64,000 bases of DNA from Novosphingobium sp. Its GTDB lineage: Bacteria > Pseudomonadota > Alphaproteobacteria > Sphingomonadales > Sphingomonadaceae. Of this stretch, positions 43,454 through 53,471 are shown piece after piece. The notes under the pieces are model-generated. The model saw only the letters and a program-made list of their open reading frames with translations, was not told the DNA's origin and searched no databases. The DNA lies in NCBI GenBank assembly GCA_036400975.1, contig DASWWL010000110.1, forward strand, positions 8,550 to 72,549, read 5' to 3'. Position 1 is the stretch's first letter. Each line of letters starts with the position of its first letter. Made by a program: the position numbers and the translations under genes.

Positions 43454-43501
43454 GAATTTTCAAAATTCCTGCAAATCCGATTTCGACAAACTAGGATTTG
43501 C
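43454..43501. promoter_or_regulatory. Inverted repeats upstream of abiEi (probable autoregulatory operators)
   Basis: GAATTTT-C-AAAATTC and GCAAATCC-N15-GGATTTGC. Confidence 0.6.
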
Positions 43502-43532
43502 TACATCGAGGACAGACCAAATTCGGCAGAGG

Positions 43533-43555
43533 CAAAATGTCGGTCAACCCGACAT
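43533..43555 (-). terminator. Probable terminator of the trb operon
   Basis: Minus strand ATGTCGG-GTTGA-CCGACAT followed by TTT, just after the HTH gene. Confidence 0.5.
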
Positions 43556-43577
43556 CGGATCACCACGCCCAGTTCGG

Positions 43578-43766
43578 CTAGGTCTGGGTCAGGTTCCTGA
43601 GGCTCCGGAACTGGATCAACGTCGCCCGCCCGACCTTGATGGTTTCAAGGTCCCCGGACTGGATCAACTCGTAGATCCGCGAGCGACTGAGACCCGTGAT
43701 GCGCACCGCCGTGGCGACACGGACCGTCAGCGGCTGCAATGCCTGCTCTGCCAAGTGGTCCATCAT
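43578..43766 (-). CDS. Excisionase-like helix-turn-helix protein
   Basis: ITGLSRSRIYELIQSGDLETIKVGRATLI (HTH_17/Xis pattern). Confidence 0.85.
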   Translation of the reverse strand: MMDHLAEQALQPLTVRVATAVRITGLSRSRIYELIQSGDLETIKVGRATLIQFRSLRNLTQT

Positions 43767-43993
43767 GTACGCCCCCTCTGCGCTGCCTCGCGAGCCCGGA
43801 CGAAAACCCGGTCGCTCTCGAGGAAGGACGCCAGCATTGCCGGGATCAACTCGACGATCGGCTCTTCGCTGCCATAGGCCGCCGCATAGATGGCGGCATA
43901 TTCACGCAAGGCGCCTTGCAGATCGGGCGTGATCATAATCGCAAGCTTGACCGGCGTGCGGTCCGGCAGCTTGGCAAGCTTCAGTTCGGCCAT
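43763..43993 (-). CDS. DUF2274 family protein
   Basis: LKLAKLPDRTPVKLAI...LIPAMLASFLESDRVF; canonical position after trbI. Confidence 0.88.
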   Translation of the reverse strand: MAELKLAKLPDRTPVKLAIMITPDLQGALREYAAIYAAAYGSEEPIVELIPAMLASFLESDRVFVRAREAAQRGRT

Positions 43994-43995
43994 AG

Positions 43996-45192
43996 CTATC
44001 CTCCAATATTGCCGCGCCAGGGCGCGAGGATGAGGTCCCGGCTGACCAGCAGCCGGACGGGGGCGCCCGGGCGGATCGTGATGGTCGGCTGGACATCGAG
44101 GTTTCGGGAAGTCAGTTGATCGCCAGCGCGCGATACATTCTGCTGCGTGGACTCGCGGATAGCTTGGACGAGATCGCTCTCGCCCTTGATCGACAGCTCC
44201 GAACCCACCCCTAGCAAGGTCGCCATGGCAACGCCCTTGAGCAGTGCCCAGCTATGGAAATCGACCTTGTCCGCTAGACCAGCATAGCCCGACGGGTCGG
44301 TCGCAGGCATGTTGTCGAGGCGCAGCGAGCTGCCGTCGGGCAGGATGATCCTTTGCCAGATTACCAATGCCCGGCGCTGGCCGAAGGCGACGACGCTGTC
44401 ATACTTGCCGACCAACCGGGCACCTTGCGGCACCAGCAGGAAGCGTCCGGTTGCACTGTCGAATACGTTCTGCGTGACCTGGGCCGTAACAAGTCCCGGC
44501 AGGTCCGAATTGAGGCCAGTGATAAGGCTGGCCGCGATGACGCTGCCCGCAGACAGCATGTAGGGAGAGGCCGGGGCCAGCAGCGCGTGCGGATTGGCAT
44601 CGCCGCCCGGGTCTGTCCGCTCGGCGAATGCCGTCTTGCGATCCTGCGGGGCCGCTGCTGCTGCCGGGACGAGCAGTTGGCCCGCCGAGTTGGCTTCGGT
44701 TGCCGATGGCGCGGAATCGCCAGGCCTCGTCTGGACCATGAGCACCGACTGACGCGCAGCCTTGAGCTCCGCGAGGCGCGCCATTCTCTCTGCCTCGGCG
44801 GTGTCAGTGCCGGTCCGGGCGGCAGCACTGCCATCTACCGGCGCGAACTGTTGCTGCTGGGCGCGAAGGATCGGTCGGCCAAGGTCGCCCGGCAGTGGCG
44901 GCCCCAGTCTTGGCGCATCGCCGTAGCTTGACGGCAAAGTCGAAAGGGCATCGGTCGAGGTCTTGCCCATCGGCTGCGCCAGCTCGCTTTCCTGGGGTGG
45001 CCGGTGGAAGATCCGGGGCTTCAGCGCCATCCAGGCAATGCCCATCAGGCTGGCTGAGCCCAGTGCGGCAATGCCGATGATCGCGCCCCGCCGAAACCGG
45101 ATGGCCCGTGCGGGACTTGCGCGCAGGACCAGCGTCTCGGGATCGACCTTGGTCGCGGGTGTGGCCGGCTGCCCGGCTATATCGGCCGTCAT
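43996..45192 (-). CDS. trbI: TrbI/VirB10
   Basis: GSVIAASLITGLNSDLPG, VPQGARLVGKY, GYAGLAD, PTITIRPG. Confidence 0.93.
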   Translation of the reverse strand: MTADIAGQPATPATKVDPETLVLRASPARAIRFRRGAIIGIAALGSASLMGIAWMALKPRIFHRPPQESELAQPMGKTSTDALSTLPSSYGDAPRLGPPLPGDLGRPILRAQQQQFAPVDGSAAARTGTDTAEAERMARLAELKAARQSVLMVQTRPGDSAPSATEANSAGQLLVPAAAAAPQDRKTAFAERTDPGGDANPHALLAPASPYMLSAGSVIAASLITGLNSDLPGLVTAQVTQNVFDSATGRFLLVPQGARLVGKYDSVVAFGQRRALVIWQRIILPDGSSLRLDNMPATDPSGYAGLADKVDFHSWALLKGVAMATLLGVGSELSIKGESDLVQAIRESTQQNVSRAGDQLTSRNLDVQPTITIRPGAPVRLLVSRDLILAPWRGNIGG

Positions 45193-46022
45193 GCGCCCCT
45201 CGGATGCTTTGCCCTGCCCCCGCGGGTGATGCGGACGACCTGCTGCTTCTTGAGACCGAGCCGGAGTTCCGCCACATCGAACAGGCGGTCGATGATGTAG
45301 TAGCGCTTGCGCACCCGGTAATTGGCGAGTTCGGCCGTTCCGTCGGGCCCAAGCACGAACAATGGCGGCGCCTCGCCCTGCGACAGGTCCGAGGGAAACT
45401 CGATATAGGTCTTCTGTCCGTCGTCGAACGCGCGCAGTGGCCGCCATGCCGGCCGATCCCCTGACAAGGCATAGTCGAAGCGCAACTGGCCCACGTCTAG
45501 GCCAGCTGCGATCGGTGCGGCGGACCGGGCAACGTCGGCCTGCCGCTTGAGCGCAAGCAGTTCGTCCTGGGGATAGGTCCAGCTTACCGCCGCCATGGGG
45601 GTTCGCGCCGTGCTGGTGAGGCGCAGGTGGTACGTTCGCCGGTCGGTGGTGATGACAAGGTTCGTGACGAGCCCCGCGTTGAACGGCTTTACGAGAATGT
45701 GCGTTCGCCGGGTATCGCCGTTTCCGCTGGTCGTATCGCCTATCACCCAGCGCGCCGTATCGCCGCTCGCCACGGCCACGAGGGCTTCGCCCGGCTGCAA
45801 TGCAATGTCGGTTACCGCTCCTGGCGCGGTATAGGCTTGGAAGATCATCCCCTCGGAAAAGGCGTAGACCTGTGTCGCGTTGATGAACCCCTGCGCGGCC
45901 GGTTGCTCGGTCGCACTGCGGTTGGCAGCGGCCACTCGGCGCACGGGCGACGCCCCGTCGCTTGCCTGCGCCGGGACACAGGCAAGCGCGGCAATGGAGA
46001 AAAGCACGGAGCGGATGATCAT
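45189..46022 (-). CDS. trbG: TrbG/VirB9
   Basis: TDIALQPGE, GDTARW, TNLVITTDRRTY, PLRAFDDGQKTYI. Confidence 0.93.
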   Translation of the reverse strand: MIIRSVLFSIAALACVPAQASDGASPVRRVAAANRSATEQPAAQGFINATQVYAFSEGMIFQAYTAPGAVTDIALQPGEALVAVASGDTARWVIGDTTSGNGDTRRTHILVKPFNAGLVTNLVITTDRRTYHLRLTSTARTPMAAVSWTYPQDELLALKRQADVARSAAPIAAGLDVGQLRFDYALSGDRPAWRPLRAFDDGQKTYIEFPSDLSQGEAPPLFVLGPDGTAELANYRVRKRYYIIDRLFDVAELRLGLKKQQVVRITRGGRAKHPRGA

Positions 46023-46834
46023 GGCTGGACCTCCTTGGCGTTCTGGGTGGCAGGTGCCGCTAGGCCGGGATCGAGCGGCGAGCCGAGTGGCAGGTTCGAT
46101 GCAGGCGAGGCCATTGGAGCTGACCTCGAAGGTGAAGGGGATTGCGGCTCGTCATCGAGCTCCCGGCTCCAGTCGATCGCGTCGACGTAGATGCCGAGCG
46201 GATTGCGACGCAGCGTGTCGGCATCGACGGGAGGCTTGGTCACGATGGTGAGGATGGCCGTCCAGCGGCTGCTCCCAGCCCGTGCACCGCGCTCGAACAC
46301 GGTCTCGGTCCACTTGACCTGGAACGAGGTGTCGGAAGCCCGCACAACGCTCGTGACCTGGACCGATACCGTTCGCTCACCGATGCGGGCGAAAGGGTCG
46401 TTGCTGCGGGCGTAGTCGCCGAGGAACTGAGCCCCGCGCCTTGTTGCGAAGTCATAGGCCTCGAGCCAGCCGCGCTTCATCAGGACAGGGTCGAGCGACG
46501 CTGAGCGTACGTTCGTAATGACGCGGCCAAGGTGCCAGGCGATCTGCGGATCGGTTGGCTGGTAACCAGTGGCCGCCTCGCTGACGGCGCGGGCTTCGCC
46601 CAGTCGATCGACCTCCACCACATAGGGTACAACCCGGCTTTGCAGGGACTGCCAGAGAAGCCCCCCGGACAGACCCGCGGCGAGCCCCAGGCTTACGAAG
46701 GTCGCAAGACGCCAATTGCGTGCCTGCACCCGGGCCGAGCCGATCCGGTCGTCCCAGACCTGCCCCGCACGCTGGTATGGCGTCTCCGGAATTGGGGTGC
46801 GTCCATAGCGCTGGACGCTTCGCTTGAAGATCAT
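46019..46834 (-). CDS. trbF: TrbF/VirB8
   Basis: TPYQRAGQVWDDRIGSARVQARNWR, RNPLGIYV. Confidence 0.93.
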   Translation of the reverse strand: MIFKRSVQRYGRTPIPETPYQRAGQVWDDRIGSARVQARNWRLATFVSLGLAAGLSGGLLWQSLQSRVVPYVVEVDRLGEARAVSEAATGYQPTDPQIAWHLGRVITNVRSASLDPVLMKRGWLEAYDFATRRGAQFLGDYARSNDPFARIGERTVSVQVTSVVRASDTSFQVKWTETVFERGARAGSSRWTAILTIVTKPPVDADTLRRNPLGIYVDAIDWSRELDDEPQSPSPSRSAPMASPASNLPLGSPLDPGLAAPATQNAKEVQP

Positions 46835-46837
46835 GGC

Positions 46838-48139
46838 CTAGTCGTTCCTTTCCTTGATGTCGGGAGTGGCGGCACCACCACCCCGGTCACCCTGTTGAAG
46901 CGCATGGAGGGCAAGCTGCCGGCGATGCCGCGTGGACTGCTCGGCGCGCATGGCGCGCGCCCAGGCGGGCGCAGCATCGCTGCCGCCGCCTGCCTGTGCC
47001 GGGCTTGTCTTCGTGTCGTTGAGTGCATTCCAGGCGGCCTGACGTCCGCTCGACGCAGCTTCGCCGAGGCCCAGTGCTTCCGATGCCTTGGCTCGGACCG
47101 CGTTGCCCGCGGCTTTCGTCACACCAGAAAGGCCAGCGCCGACTGAGGAATTGCCCGCCGCCTCCTGGCCAAGGCCATAAGCCGTGCTCGCTGCCGAACC
47201 CATGGCCGTGCCGGAACGGACCGCCCCCAGGGCTGCCCCGCCGAGCGCGCGCGCACCGCCCATGGCCGCGCCGCCTGCCACCATGGTGATGCCAGCCGCC
47301 CCGGCCGCCGTGCCGAAGGCTGCACCAGCACCAAGCTGGGGAGCGCCCGAGACAAGGCCGCTTGCAATCGAGGGCCCGAAGATTCCAAGGCCGAACAAGG
47401 ACAGGCTCGCCAGCACGAGGCTCATGGCCTGGCCGATGTCTGGCTCCTGGCCCTGTAGGGCAGCCGTGAATTCGGCGAAGAAGTTGGATCCGATGCCGAC
47501 GATCACGGCGAGCACCATGACCTTGATACCCGAGGAAACCACGTTGCCGAGAACGCGCTCGGCGAGGAAGCTGGTCCGGTTCCAGAGGGCGAACGGCACG
47601 AGGATGAAGCCGGCAAGGCTCGTCAGCTTGAACTCGATGATCGTCACGAACATCTGCACCGCGAGGATGAAGAAGGCGATGATCACCAGGGCCCATGCGA
47701 ACAGCAGCACCATAATCGTCAGAAAGTTGTCGAAGAAGGTCGTGAAACCAACCATCTCGCTTGCCTGGTTGAGCAGCGGCCAGGCTGCCTCGAACCCGGT
47801 CCCTGCAAGCCGCCCCGGCTTGAGCAGGTCATCGGCACCGAGTGTGCCGCCACCAGCGGTGAGCCCTGCCTTTGCGAAAGACCGGAAGATGATGTCCGCG
47901 AGCGTGGAGAAGCTGTTCAGGATGAAGGCGAACGTGCCGATGTAGAGGATCTTGCGGAGGAAGCGGCCGATGACATTGTCCTCGCCGCCCATCGCCCAGA
48001 ACAGGCCGGCAAGCGTGATGTCGATGCCGATGAGTACGGACGTCAGGAAGCCGACGTCCGGGCCGAGCAGCCCGAACCCGCTGTCGATGTAGGTGATGAA
48101 CGACTGCATGAAGCGGTCGATGACATTGAGGTCGTTCAC
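46838..48139 (-). CDS. trbL: TrbL/VirB6
   Basis: YIDSGFGLL, IEFKLTSLAGFILVPF, SGAPQLGAG, Gly/Ala-rich tail; GTG start. Confidence 0.93.
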   Translation of the reverse strand: MNDLNVIDRFMQSFITYIDSGFGLLGPDVGFLTSVLIGIDITLAGLFWAMGGEDNVIGRFLRKILYIGTFAFILNSFSTLADIIFRSFAKAGLTAGGGTLGADDLLKPGRLAGTGFEAAWPLLNQASEMVGFTTFFDNFLTIMVLLFAWALVIIAFFILAVQMFVTIIEFKLTSLAGFILVPFALWNRTSFLAERVLGNVVSSGIKVMVLAVIVGIGSNFFAEFTAALQGQEPDIGQAMSLVLASLSLFGLGIFGPSIASGLVSGAPQLGAGAAFGTAAGAAGITMVAGGAAMGGARALGGAALGAVRSGTAMGSAASTAYGLGQEAAGNSSVGAGLSGVTKAAGNAVRAKASEALGLGEAASSGRQAAWNALNDTKTSPAQAGGGSDAAPAWARAMRAEQSTRHRRQLALHALQQGDRGGGAATPDIKERND

Positions 48140-48269
48140 GGGCGTGGTCTTCCTGGATGGATTGGATGCCGCGGGGCGTGACTGGGGGTGGCCACGCCCC
48201 GCGGGCGGCGGGAGGCGCGGGAGGCTCGCCTTGCCGCCATGGCCGGGTCGGCTTTGAGCCGCGTGGGGG

Positions 48270-49016
48270 CTATTGCGGCGTGTAGGCCGACCCGGAGCCG
48301 AGGAACTTCTTCGTCGCGGCGCGCGCCTCGGCCCCTTGCGTCGCCCGGCGGGCCTGTTCCTGGGCCTCGGCCCGGAACTGGGCTGCCATCATCTGCTGGA
48401 TCTGGAACTGCTGCTTTGCCGTCAGGGCCAGCAGCTGGTTCGTCGCCTGCTGCGCTGCAAGCGATCCCTCGGCACCCTGGCTTCGCGACACGATGTCGGC
48501 GAGCGCCTGGGTGTCGTCCCGCACGTTCTCGACGACTTGCGACTGAACCGTCATCGTCTGGCGAAAGGCATCCATGCTCGCATCAAGCCGGCCGCGGGCG
48601 CCCTGCACGCGCTGGTCGGTTCGAAGGGCTGTCGCAAAGTCTTGCGGAAACAGTGATCGGAACCGGGCGTCGAGCTGATCGACCCGAAAATCGATACCCT
48701 GGGCCTGGCCCATGAGGCGGTCGATCTGGGCGAGCTTCTGCCGAAGGGCATCGAGCTGGGGAAAATCGATCCGGGAGAGGTTCTTGCCCATGTTGGCCAG
48801 CATCTGCGCCTCGTTCTGGAGCTGCCTGATCTGCTGGTTGACCTGCTGGAGCGTGCGCGCGGCGGTCAGGATGTTCTGGGCGTAGTTGCTCGGGTCGAAG
48901 ACCGAGATCTGTGCCTGGGCGGGCGCTGCGGGCAGGCCGAGTATGGCGCCCGCGACGCAGACCGATGCCAGGGCAAGGCTGCATGCGACGGCATGGGCGG
49001 GGGCAGGAATTCGCAT
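48270..49016 (-). CDS. trbJ: TrbJ/VirB5
   Basis: VFDPSNYAQNILTAARTLQQ, GSLAAQQATNQLLAL. Confidence 0.93.
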   Translation of the reverse strand: MRIPAPAHAVACSLALASVCVAGAILGLPAAPAQAQISVFDPSNYAQNILTAARTLQQVNQQIRQLQNEAQMLANMGKNLSRIDFPQLDALRQKLAQIDRLMGQAQGIDFRVDQLDARFRSLFPQDFATALRTDQRVQGARGRLDASMDAFRQTMTVQSQVVENVRDDTQALADIVSRSQGAEGSLAAQQATNQLLALTAKQQFQIQQMMAAQFRAEAQEQARRATQGAEARAATKKFLGSGSAYTPQ

Positions 49017-51460
49017 CAGGATTCTCCTTCTTCGGGGGACAGGGATTCGGGGGCCTGCGCCAGGAGGTCAGCCGCCCATTCGAGGCCAGCGGTGCGCAGG
49101 AAGCGGGCTGCGAAGTCGTGGGTGCCGCCCGCCTCGAGCAGCACGTCGATGCGGCCTTGCGTCGCGGCGTCGGAGGCAGCGCAGAATGCGAGCGCGACTG
49201 GCCCGAGCCCTAGCTCGAACAGCCGGTTCCCGCGGGCCGACTGGAGGTAGTACTGGCGCTTGGGCGTTGCTCTCGCGACCAGTTCGACCTGTCGGTCATT
49301 GAGGCCGAACTGCTCGTAGATGCTGCGGGATTGTGGTTCGATCGCCCGGTCGTTGGGGAGCAGGATGCGCTGCGGGCAGCTTTCGATGATGACGGGCGCA
49401 ATCGACGACCCCGCAATGTCGGCGAGGCTCTGCGTGGCAAAGACCACCGACACGTTCTTCTTGCGCAGGACCTTGAGCCATTCCCGAATCCGGGCAGCGA
49501 ACAGCGGATGGTCGAGGAATATCCAGGCCTCGTCGAGGATGAGCAGTGTCGGGCGCCCGTCGAACCGCTCCTCGAGGCGGTGGAAGAGATAGGACAGCAC
49601 CGGGGCGACCACGCCGGCCTGGCCCATCAGGGCCTCCGTCTCGAAGCATTGCATGTCGGCAAGCTCGAGGCCCTGCTCGGCGGCATCGAGCAGGCGCCCA
49701 TAGGGGCCGTCGAGCGTATAGGGTTGCAAGGCCGTGCGCAGGGCATTGGACTGCAGCAGCAGCGCGAGACCGGTCATCGTCCGCTGCTCCGCTGGTGCGG
49801 TGGCGAGACTGCCCAGCGCCGACCAGAGCATATCCTTTACGTCCGGCGTGACCGCGACCTTCTCGTGCTCGAGCAGGGCTGCGATCCATTCTGCTGCCCA
49901 GCTGCGCTCGAGGGGCCGGTCGATCCCGGCCAATGGCTGGAAGGCGAGCGCCTTGCCCTCGTCGCTGCCCAGGGCATGGTGGATGCCGCCGCAGGCGAGA
50001 ACGGCGGCGCGCGCGGAAAAACCCTTGTCGAAGATATAGACCTGTGCACCCTCGTATCTCCGGAACTGGAGCGCGAGGGTAGCGAGGAGCACGGACTTGC
50101 CCGCTCCCGTGGGGCCCACGACCAGCATGTGGCCGACATCCCCGACGTGCGTCGACAGGCGGAACGGCGTCGAGCCGGCCGTGCTGGCGAGGAGCAGCGG
50201 CGGCCCATCGAGATGATCGTTGCGGCGGGGCCCCGCCCATGTGCCCGCAAGCGGCATGAGGTGCGCAAGGTTGAGCGTATGGACGAGCGGCTGCCGAACG
50301 TTGGCGTAGGACTGGCCCGGAAGCGAGGAGAGCCACGCCTCGACGGCATTCACGCCCTCGCGAATGGTCGTGAAGCCAAGGCCATTGACGATGCGCTCGA
50401 CGGCGCGGAGCTTTTCCTCGACCGCGCCCCGGTCCCGGTCGCTCACCGTGATCGTCGTGGTCAGGTAGCCGAATGCGACATGGTCCTGCCCGAGCACCTG
50501 CAGCGCTTCGTCGGCATCGACGACCTTGTTGTCCGCATCGCTGTCGAGCAGCTGCGCCGGTTGGTTGTAGAGGACCTCGCGCAGCAGGGCGCTGACCGAC
50601 TTGCGCTTGTTGAACCACTGCCGACGGATTCCGGTCAGCGTCCTGGTTGCCTCTGCCTTGTCGAGCGCAATGAAGCGCGTGACCCAGCGATAGGGCAGGC
50701 CGAGGTGATTGAGCGCGTCGAGGATGCCCGGCCGGCTCATGTTCGGGAAGCCCAGCACGCTTAGCGTTCGCATGTGGCTCGCCCCGAGCATCGGCTCGAG
50801 CCCACCCGTCAGCGGGGTATCGACCAGCATCGCGTCGAGATAGACCGGCGTTTCCGGCACACAGACCGGATGCCGCTTTTCCGAAATGCACCCGTGGAGG
50901 AAGGTCAGCGTCTCGCTGTCGTCCAGTGCACGGACCTTGGGCATGAAACCCGAGAGGAGGTCTGCCACGCGGTCCGTCTCGGCCACGAAGCCCGACAGCG
51001 CCCCTCGCCAGTCCCGTGCTCCGCCGGCATCCGGCCGGTCGACGAGCGTGCGCCCGGCGCTGTCCACGGCATCGGCGGCAGGCAGCCATTGCAGGGTCAG
51101 GTGGTAGCGGCTCTCGAAATGCACGCCCTCTGCCTCGAAGGCCGCGCGGCGCTCGCGATCGACAAGGGCGCTGGCCGGATCCGGGAACCTGCTTGCAGGA
51201 TAGCCGGGAGCAGCCACCCGCTCGGCATCGAAGAACATCGCCCAGCCACTGCCAAGGCGCTTGAGGACATTGTTCGCTCGCGCGCAGGCACCGATCAGTT
51301 CGACCTCGGTCGCGGACTCAAGGTCTGGCCCGCGAAAGGCGAGCGTGCGCTGGAAGCTTCCGTCCTTGTTGAGCACGATGCCTGGTCCAACCAGGGCTGC
51401 CCACGGCAGGTGATCGGCAAGCCGGTCGGCGCGCGACCGATATTCGGCAAGGTTCAGCAT
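49016..51460 (-). CDS. trbE: TrbE/VirB4 ATPase
   Basis: LNKDGSFQRT, GPTGAGKS, ILDEAW, FATQSLADI. Confidence 0.95.
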   Translation of the reverse strand: MLNLAEYRSRADRLADHLPWAALVGPGIVLNKDGSFQRTLAFRGPDLESATEVELIGACARANNVLKRLGSGWAMFFDAERVAAPGYPASRFPDPASALVDRERRAAFEAEGVHFESRYHLTLQWLPAADAVDSAGRTLVDRPDAGGARDWRGALSGFVAETDRVADLLSGFMPKVRALDDSETLTFLHGCISEKRHPVCVPETPVYLDAMLVDTPLTGGLEPMLGASHMRTLSVLGFPNMSRPGILDALNHLGLPYRWVTRFIALDKAEATRTLTGIRRQWFNKRKSVSALLREVLYNQPAQLLDSDADNKVVDADEALQVLGQDHVAFGYLTTTITVSDRDRGAVEEKLRAVERIVNGLGFTTIREGVNAVEAWLSSLPGQSYANVRQPLVHTLNLAHLMPLAGTWAGPRRNDHLDGPPLLLASTAGSTPFRLSTHVGDVGHMLVVGPTGAGKSVLLATLALQFRRYEGAQVYIFDKGFSARAAVLACGGIHHALGSDEGKALAFQPLAGIDRPLERSWAAEWIAALLEHEKVAVTPDVKDMLWSALGSLATAPAEQRTMTGLALLLQSNALRTALQPYTLDGPYGRLLDAAEQGLELADMQCFETEALMGQAGVVAPVLSYLFHRLEERFDGRPTLLILDEAWIFLDHPLFAARIREWLKVLRKKNVSVVFATQSLADIAGSSIAPVIIESCPQRILLPNDRAIEPQSRSIYEQFGLNDRQVELVARATPKRQYYLQSARGNRLFELGLGPVALAFCAASDAATQGRIDVLLEAGGTHDFAARFLRTAGLEWAADLLAQAPESLSPEEGES

Positions 51461-51741
51461 GCGAGGTAGCCTTTCTGCCGCAGGTGCCGGACGAGCACCG
51501 GGGCGAAGTCTGGATCACGCCGGGCTGCGAGGACGGCGAGGCTGTGCCCCGCCGCCCAGAGCACCATCCCGGCCAGCCATTGCTGGAGGCCCAGCCCGAC
51601 GGCGGCAGCTAGCGTGCCGTTGACGATGGCAATGCCGCGCGGGGCACCGCCGAGCAGGATCGGACTGCCAAGCGAGCGATGGATTGGCGCCTCGAAGCCC
51701 TCGATGTGGCCGCCGGCAAAATGATGGACGATGCCGCTCAT
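51454..51741 (-). CDS. trbD: TrbD/VirB3
   Basis: IHRSLGSPILLGGAPR...RRDPDF; ATGA overlap with trbC. Confidence 0.88.
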   Translation of the reverse strand: MSGIVHHFAGGHIEGFEAPIHRSLGSPILLGGAPRGIAIVNGTLAAAVGLGLQQWLAGMVLWAAGHSLAVLAARRDPDFAPVLVRHLRQKGYLAC

Positions 51742-52073
51742 GCGATGAGGGCCCCGCCGCCGAAGCTGAAGAAGGAGAGGAAGAAGCTCGACGCGGCAAA
51801 GGCGATCGACAGCCCGAAGACGATCTGGATCAGGCGGCGGAAGCCGCCAGCCGTCTCGCCGAACGCGAGCGTGAGACCGGTGACGATGATGATGATCACC
51901 GCGACGATCTTCGCGACGGGGCCCTGCACCGACTCCAGAACCTGCTGCAACGGCTCTTCCCATGGCATGCCGGAACCCGCCGCATGCGCCTGCACAGAGA
52001 CCATGAGGGAAGTGGCAAGGGCAGCGACGGCCGCCAGCGTGGACGACGTCGGGATACGGGTAGGCTTGGTCAT
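51738..52073 (-). CDS. trbC: TrbC/VirB2 pilin
   Basis: GSGMPWEEPLQQVLESVQGPVA, GLSIAFAASSF. Confidence 0.92.
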   Translation of the reverse strand: MTKPTRIPTSSTLAAVAALATSLMVSVQAHAAGSGMPWEEPLQQVLESVQGPVAKIVAVIIIIVTGLTLAFGETAGGFRRLIQIVFGLSIAFAASSFFLSFFSFGGGALIA

Positions 52074-53077
52074 GAGGCATCTCCTTCGGGTTGGGCATTG
52101 AGAAGATCGGCAAGCTCGTAGGCACCGGAGCGAGGTTCCAAGCCGGTGATCCGCGCTACCGCGGCCACCCTGCGGCCAGCGCCGCGACCAGCGATGAAGA
52201 CGATGATGTCGATGGCCTCGGCAATGAGCTGCCGCGGCACGGTGACCACGGCCTCCTGGACGAGCTGTTCGATCCGGGTGAGCGCTGCGCGGGCCGAGTT
52301 TGCGTGGACCGTGGCGATACCGCCGGGATGCCCGGTGTTCCAAGCCTTGAGCATGTCGAGCGCTTCCGGGCCGCGCACCTCGCCAACCACGATACGGTCG
52401 GGCCTCAGTCGCATCGTCGAACGCACAAGGTCGGTCATCGACGCCGCTCCCGCCCTGGTCCGCAGCGCGACCGTGTCAGGCAGCGGGCATTGCAATTCCC
52501 GGGTGTCCTCGATGAGGATGACGCGGGCATCGACACTGGCCATCTCTGCAAGCAGGGCATTGGCGAGCGTCGTCTTGCCCGAACTGGTGCCGCCGGCGAC
52601 GAGGATGTTGAGCCGGTCGGCCACCGCCGTGCGCAGCAACCTTGCCGCTTCAGCCGGCATGATGCCCTCGGCGACATAGTCCTCAAGCAGGTGCAGCCGC
52701 TCGGCAGGCTTGCGGATGGAAAAGCACGGAGCTTCGGAAACAGGCGGAAGCACGCCTTCGAAGCGTTCGCCCGCGCGCCCTTCGGCATGGGGCGGCAACT
52801 CCGCCGAGATCACGGGCCTGTCTCCATGGATCTCGGCGCGGGCATGGCTGGCGACGAGGCGGATGATGCGCTCGACTTGCACGGACGGGATCCGCACGCC
52901 GGTGTCGATGCGGCCTTCGCCAAGGCGGTCGAGCCGCAGGGCGCCGTCCGGGTTGACCATGATCTCCTGGGTCCGGGGATCGGCGAGCGCCGAAGCGATC
53001 TCCAGCCCCATCGCGGTCCTCAGCATTGCGCGGCGTCGCGCGCTCGAAAGGACGGCCGGATCATCCTGCGCGCTCAC
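52070..53077 (-). CDS. trbB: TrbB/VirB11 ATPase
   Basis: EIMVNPDG, GGTSSGKT, MRLRPDRIVVGEVRG, WNTGHPGG. Confidence 0.95.
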   Translation of the reverse strand: MSAQDDPAVLSSARRRAMLRTAMGLEIASALADPRTQEIMVNPDGALRLDRLGEGRIDTGVRIPSVQVERIIRLVASHARAEIHGDRPVISAELPPHAEGRAGERFEGVLPPVSEAPCFSIRKPAERLHLLEDYVAEGIMPAEAARLLRTAVADRLNILVAGGTSSGKTTLANALLAEMASVDARVILIEDTRELQCPLPDTVALRTRAGAASMTDLVRSTMRLRPDRIVVGEVRGPEALDMLKAWNTGHPGGIATVHANSARAALTRIEQLVQEAVVTVPRQLIAEAIDIIVFIAGRGAGRRVAAVARITGLEPRSGAYELADLLNAQPEGDAS

Positions 53078-53469
53078 TCGCCCGCCTCCGATCCCAGGGT
53101 GCGCCGACCGGTCGCGACCTGGCGGCCGACCTGGTTGACGAAGGCCTCGAAGCGCTTGGCGCCGAGCGCCCGACCAGCCTGGTCATTCTCGGCAAGCGGG
53201 GTCTGGGTTGCGAGTTCGAACCGGATGAAAAGGGCCAGCGTCTCGAGGATCACGTAGGTGTCCCGGTCGACCCGGCCGATCGTCCGGGTCAGGCGGTCCA
53301 GCCGGATCGCGAAGCGGTCCTCGAGCTCGGACGCGCCGCGGCGATTGAGCCAAGCCGTCAGGGCATCGACCAGGATCGCCGACTTGGTCGCGCCAGGCTT
53401 TGCGGCCAGCGCCTCGAGCCTGTCGCTGAGCGGCCTCGGGAGGAAGAGTTGGTGGCGAACCTTCTCCAT
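53074..53469 (-). CDS. CopG/ribbon-helix-helix family protein
   Basis: RHQLFL...KSAILVDALTAWL; canonical position between traG and trbB. Confidence 0.85.
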   Translation of the reverse strand: MEKVRHQLFLPRPLSDRLEALAAKPGATKSAILVDALTAWLNRRGASELEDRFAIRLDRLTRTIGRVDRDTYVILETLALFIRFELATQTPLAENDQAGRALGAKRFEAFVNQVGRQVATGRRTLGSEAGE

Positions 53470-53471
53470 GG

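Noticed and set aside
48140-48269. trbK entry-exclusion gene between trbJ and trbL
   Set aside because: 130-bp GC-rich gap with no lipobox or convincing ORF.
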